Assembly: GCA_951406725.2 (NCBI GenBank)
Contig: OX597830.1
Location: 51,460,001 to 51,524,000, forward strand
Length of the DNA: 64,000 nucleotides
Direction of reading: 5' to 3'
From: Octopus vulgaris
Taxonomy: Eukaryota
The notes under the pieces: model-generated
The model's database searches: none
The model's input: the letters and a program-made list of their open reading frames with translations, nothing else
What the model was told of the DNA's origin: nothing
Part shown: one piece after another, positions 1 to 64,000 of the stretch
Position numbering within the stretch: position 1 is the stretch's first letter
Layout of the letters: each line of letters opens with the position of its first letter
Translations under genes and position numbers: made by a program

Positions 1-61973
<61,973 letters not shown>

Positions 61974-62835
61974 GTATGTATTCCTTTTGAATATATTCCA
62001 TTATCAACAAATGAGTTTCGTAATATTTTCTATTATAGAGCATACATATAATATAAGGCTTCCTTTTCGATACCAAGAAAACTGTAAACGTATATAAAGT
62101 ATATGACTGATGTACTAAAGAAATGGCTGAATGTTACAAATGCACAAAATGGGAAGGAATAATATACAGATGTAGAATATTATAGACATATAGATAAAGA
62201 CTAAGAATGACAAATACATGAACACCGAGTTCAACATACTTATCGAAGATGTACACAACGTATGTATGTATGTATGTATTACGTATGTGTGTGTGTGTCT
62301 GTGTGTGTGTATGTGTTTGTGCGTGCTTGTGTATAGTACATGTATTTGGCAGTGAATTGAAGAATACACCGATAGAATGTAGGAGTAAGTTTGAGGGTGC
62401 TTACAAGGAACTTGTAGGGTATAAGAATGAACATGCCAATTATGATAGCGCCAAATGCAAGTGGATATGCATGGTGTGAATAGAAGATGCAGGATGTGCA
62501 TACTCTCATAGAAGTGAACTTGTAGAAAGAACTATGTATACAGTTACACATACGCAGATGATTTTACGTTCCTACATAAAATGTGTTCTCGAGAAGTGAT
62601 TAAGTTAATTTACTACGAGAATTGATCGTTGCAAGTGAAAACTGTAACATAAGTTGTGCTGTTGTCATTAGCAAGACCAGGAAATTTCACTATCACCTAT
62701 ATAATATCACTCACAATCTAAGTAATTTACCCTGTTTCCTATGTAATTTCACCTACACCCGATAAAATTGCTTAGCTGCATACGATAGAATTGCGAGCAA
62801 GGGAGCGAACCCCTACCATCTTCCTGTGACGGGGA

Positions 62836-62886
62836 CCAGTAGACCAATCCTGGTTTCGGGCTATTTGCGCCACTCCTCAGTACTAG
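62836..62886 (-). ncRNA. Canonical type I hammerhead ribozyme
   Basis: - strand CTAGTA CTGAGGA GtGGC gcaaata GCCC GAA ACCA ggat TGGT C TACTGG: stem I 6 bp (one G-U), stem II 4 bp with a bulge, stem III ACCA/TGGT, GUC triplet; predicted cut between 62842 and 62841. Confidence 0.8.
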
Positions 62887-63217
62887 ACACCTCGTCTGCA
62901 AGAGATGATAGCAGCTTGCTTCTGTAAGAATATATATTTCAAGCCAGCATACAGTCGCTGGTTTTGCAAGAAGCAAAAATACAATTTTATTGGATGCAGC
63001 TGTGCGTCGTTAACCAGCTAGAGGAAATGTCCTCTTAGGGTTAAAAAAATCGCAGTAGAGTCCGTGAGAATATTACTTGTCAGTACATCTACTGCTTTGG
63101 ACTCTTAGAAAGATTTTAGAACTAGCGCAAAATCAGTGACTGTGAGGAGTTCGCTTGAAATGTATATATTCATTACGTGCAGAAGCGAGCTGCTATCATC
63201 TCCAGCAGAAGAGGTGT

Positions 63218-63268
63218 CCAGTACTGAGGAATGGCAGAAATAGCCCGAAAGCGGGACTGGTCAACCGG
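63218..63268 (+). ncRNA. Degenerate sister copy of the type I hammerhead
   Basis: CCAGTA CTGAGGA ATGGC agaaata GCCC GAA AGCG ggac TGGT C AACCGG: core intact, mismatches in stems I-III. Confidence 0.6.
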
Positions 63269-64000
63269 TCCCGTCGCAAGGAGGTGGTAGGAGTGCGCTC
63301 TCCTGTTCGCAATTTTATCGGATGCAACTGTGTATCGGTAACCAGCCAGAGAAGATGTCCTCTTGGTGTTATAGAATCCGCTCGAACGGACAGCCATGTT
63401 AAAGTGGTAACGAATATTACTTAATATAATTTCACCCATCGCCTATATAATTTGAGGCTCATCTGTATTCTATAACACACACTGCAGTAATTTTGCGGGG
63501 CACTGAATTACGCCTTTCTGTCGAACCTGACAGATCTAAATGTTTAAGAGTGATGTCACCCAGTCTGTGCTAACAGCAAATAATAAGAACCCATGAATAA
63601 ATAAGCTTCTTTAATGCAAAGAAGGAAGCACAAGGTGGTCAACGTGCTAGAAACAGCAATCTGTCTCCCTCGAATCACGCCCCACAGACTCATAAATCAC
63701 AAACGGGACACGTTAGATATTCATGTCGAAGACACAATATCTGAGCAAAGGTGTTGGGGGTGGTTAGTATTTAACCATAGCTCTACTCGATCAAAACCAG
63801 CCCAGGGCTATACAACAACAACGACAACGATAAACTTCAATAATTCTATGTTCTGAATAAGAGAAATACCAGAAATTTTAATCAGATGAGTCACAGTCGC
63901 ATTGTTGATTTGAACCTGCGGCTCTGCTTTTGCAATAGAAATATCATTTGATAACATTTTTTTGTTAACTTGGCATTTGCTGCTCTTTTCGCATTATTTT

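Overview
Eukaryotic (animal) genomic DNA. The AT-rich, microsatellite-dense introns full of tRNA-derived SINEs look like an octopus/coleoid cephalopod genome (inference). The whole window lies inside one + strand gene, open at both ends, encoding a giant MUC4-like / 'mucin-like' protein. It has an ~8 kb Thr/Pro-rich (PTS) exon with a 1-nt frameshift near 5122, then 23 phase-compatible GT-AG exons for NIDO, AMOP, VWD (with GDPH), a linker and a long EGF/cbEGF array, totalling at least ~4,000 codons in the window. Almost all other ORFs in the track are microsatellite or antisense artefacts. Introns hold several SINE families, Tx1/L1-like, Tc1/mariner, pogo-like and Helitron-like remnants, and foldback palindromes. 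The most notable signal is a set of hammerhead ribozyme (HHR)-carrying non-autonomous elements: (i) a TSD-flanked element joining a tRNA/Pol III head, microsatellites, an HHR and a Penelope-like inverted end (20256-21093); (ii) a retrozyme-like ~328-bp unit with a canonical type I HHR (62758-63380); (iii) a family of minimal HHR elements sitting in (TA)n, sense to the mucin pre-mRNA. Two SINE heads also carry locally templated insertions, one copied from a mucin exon. All alignments and folds were done by eye; repeat boundaries are approximate.
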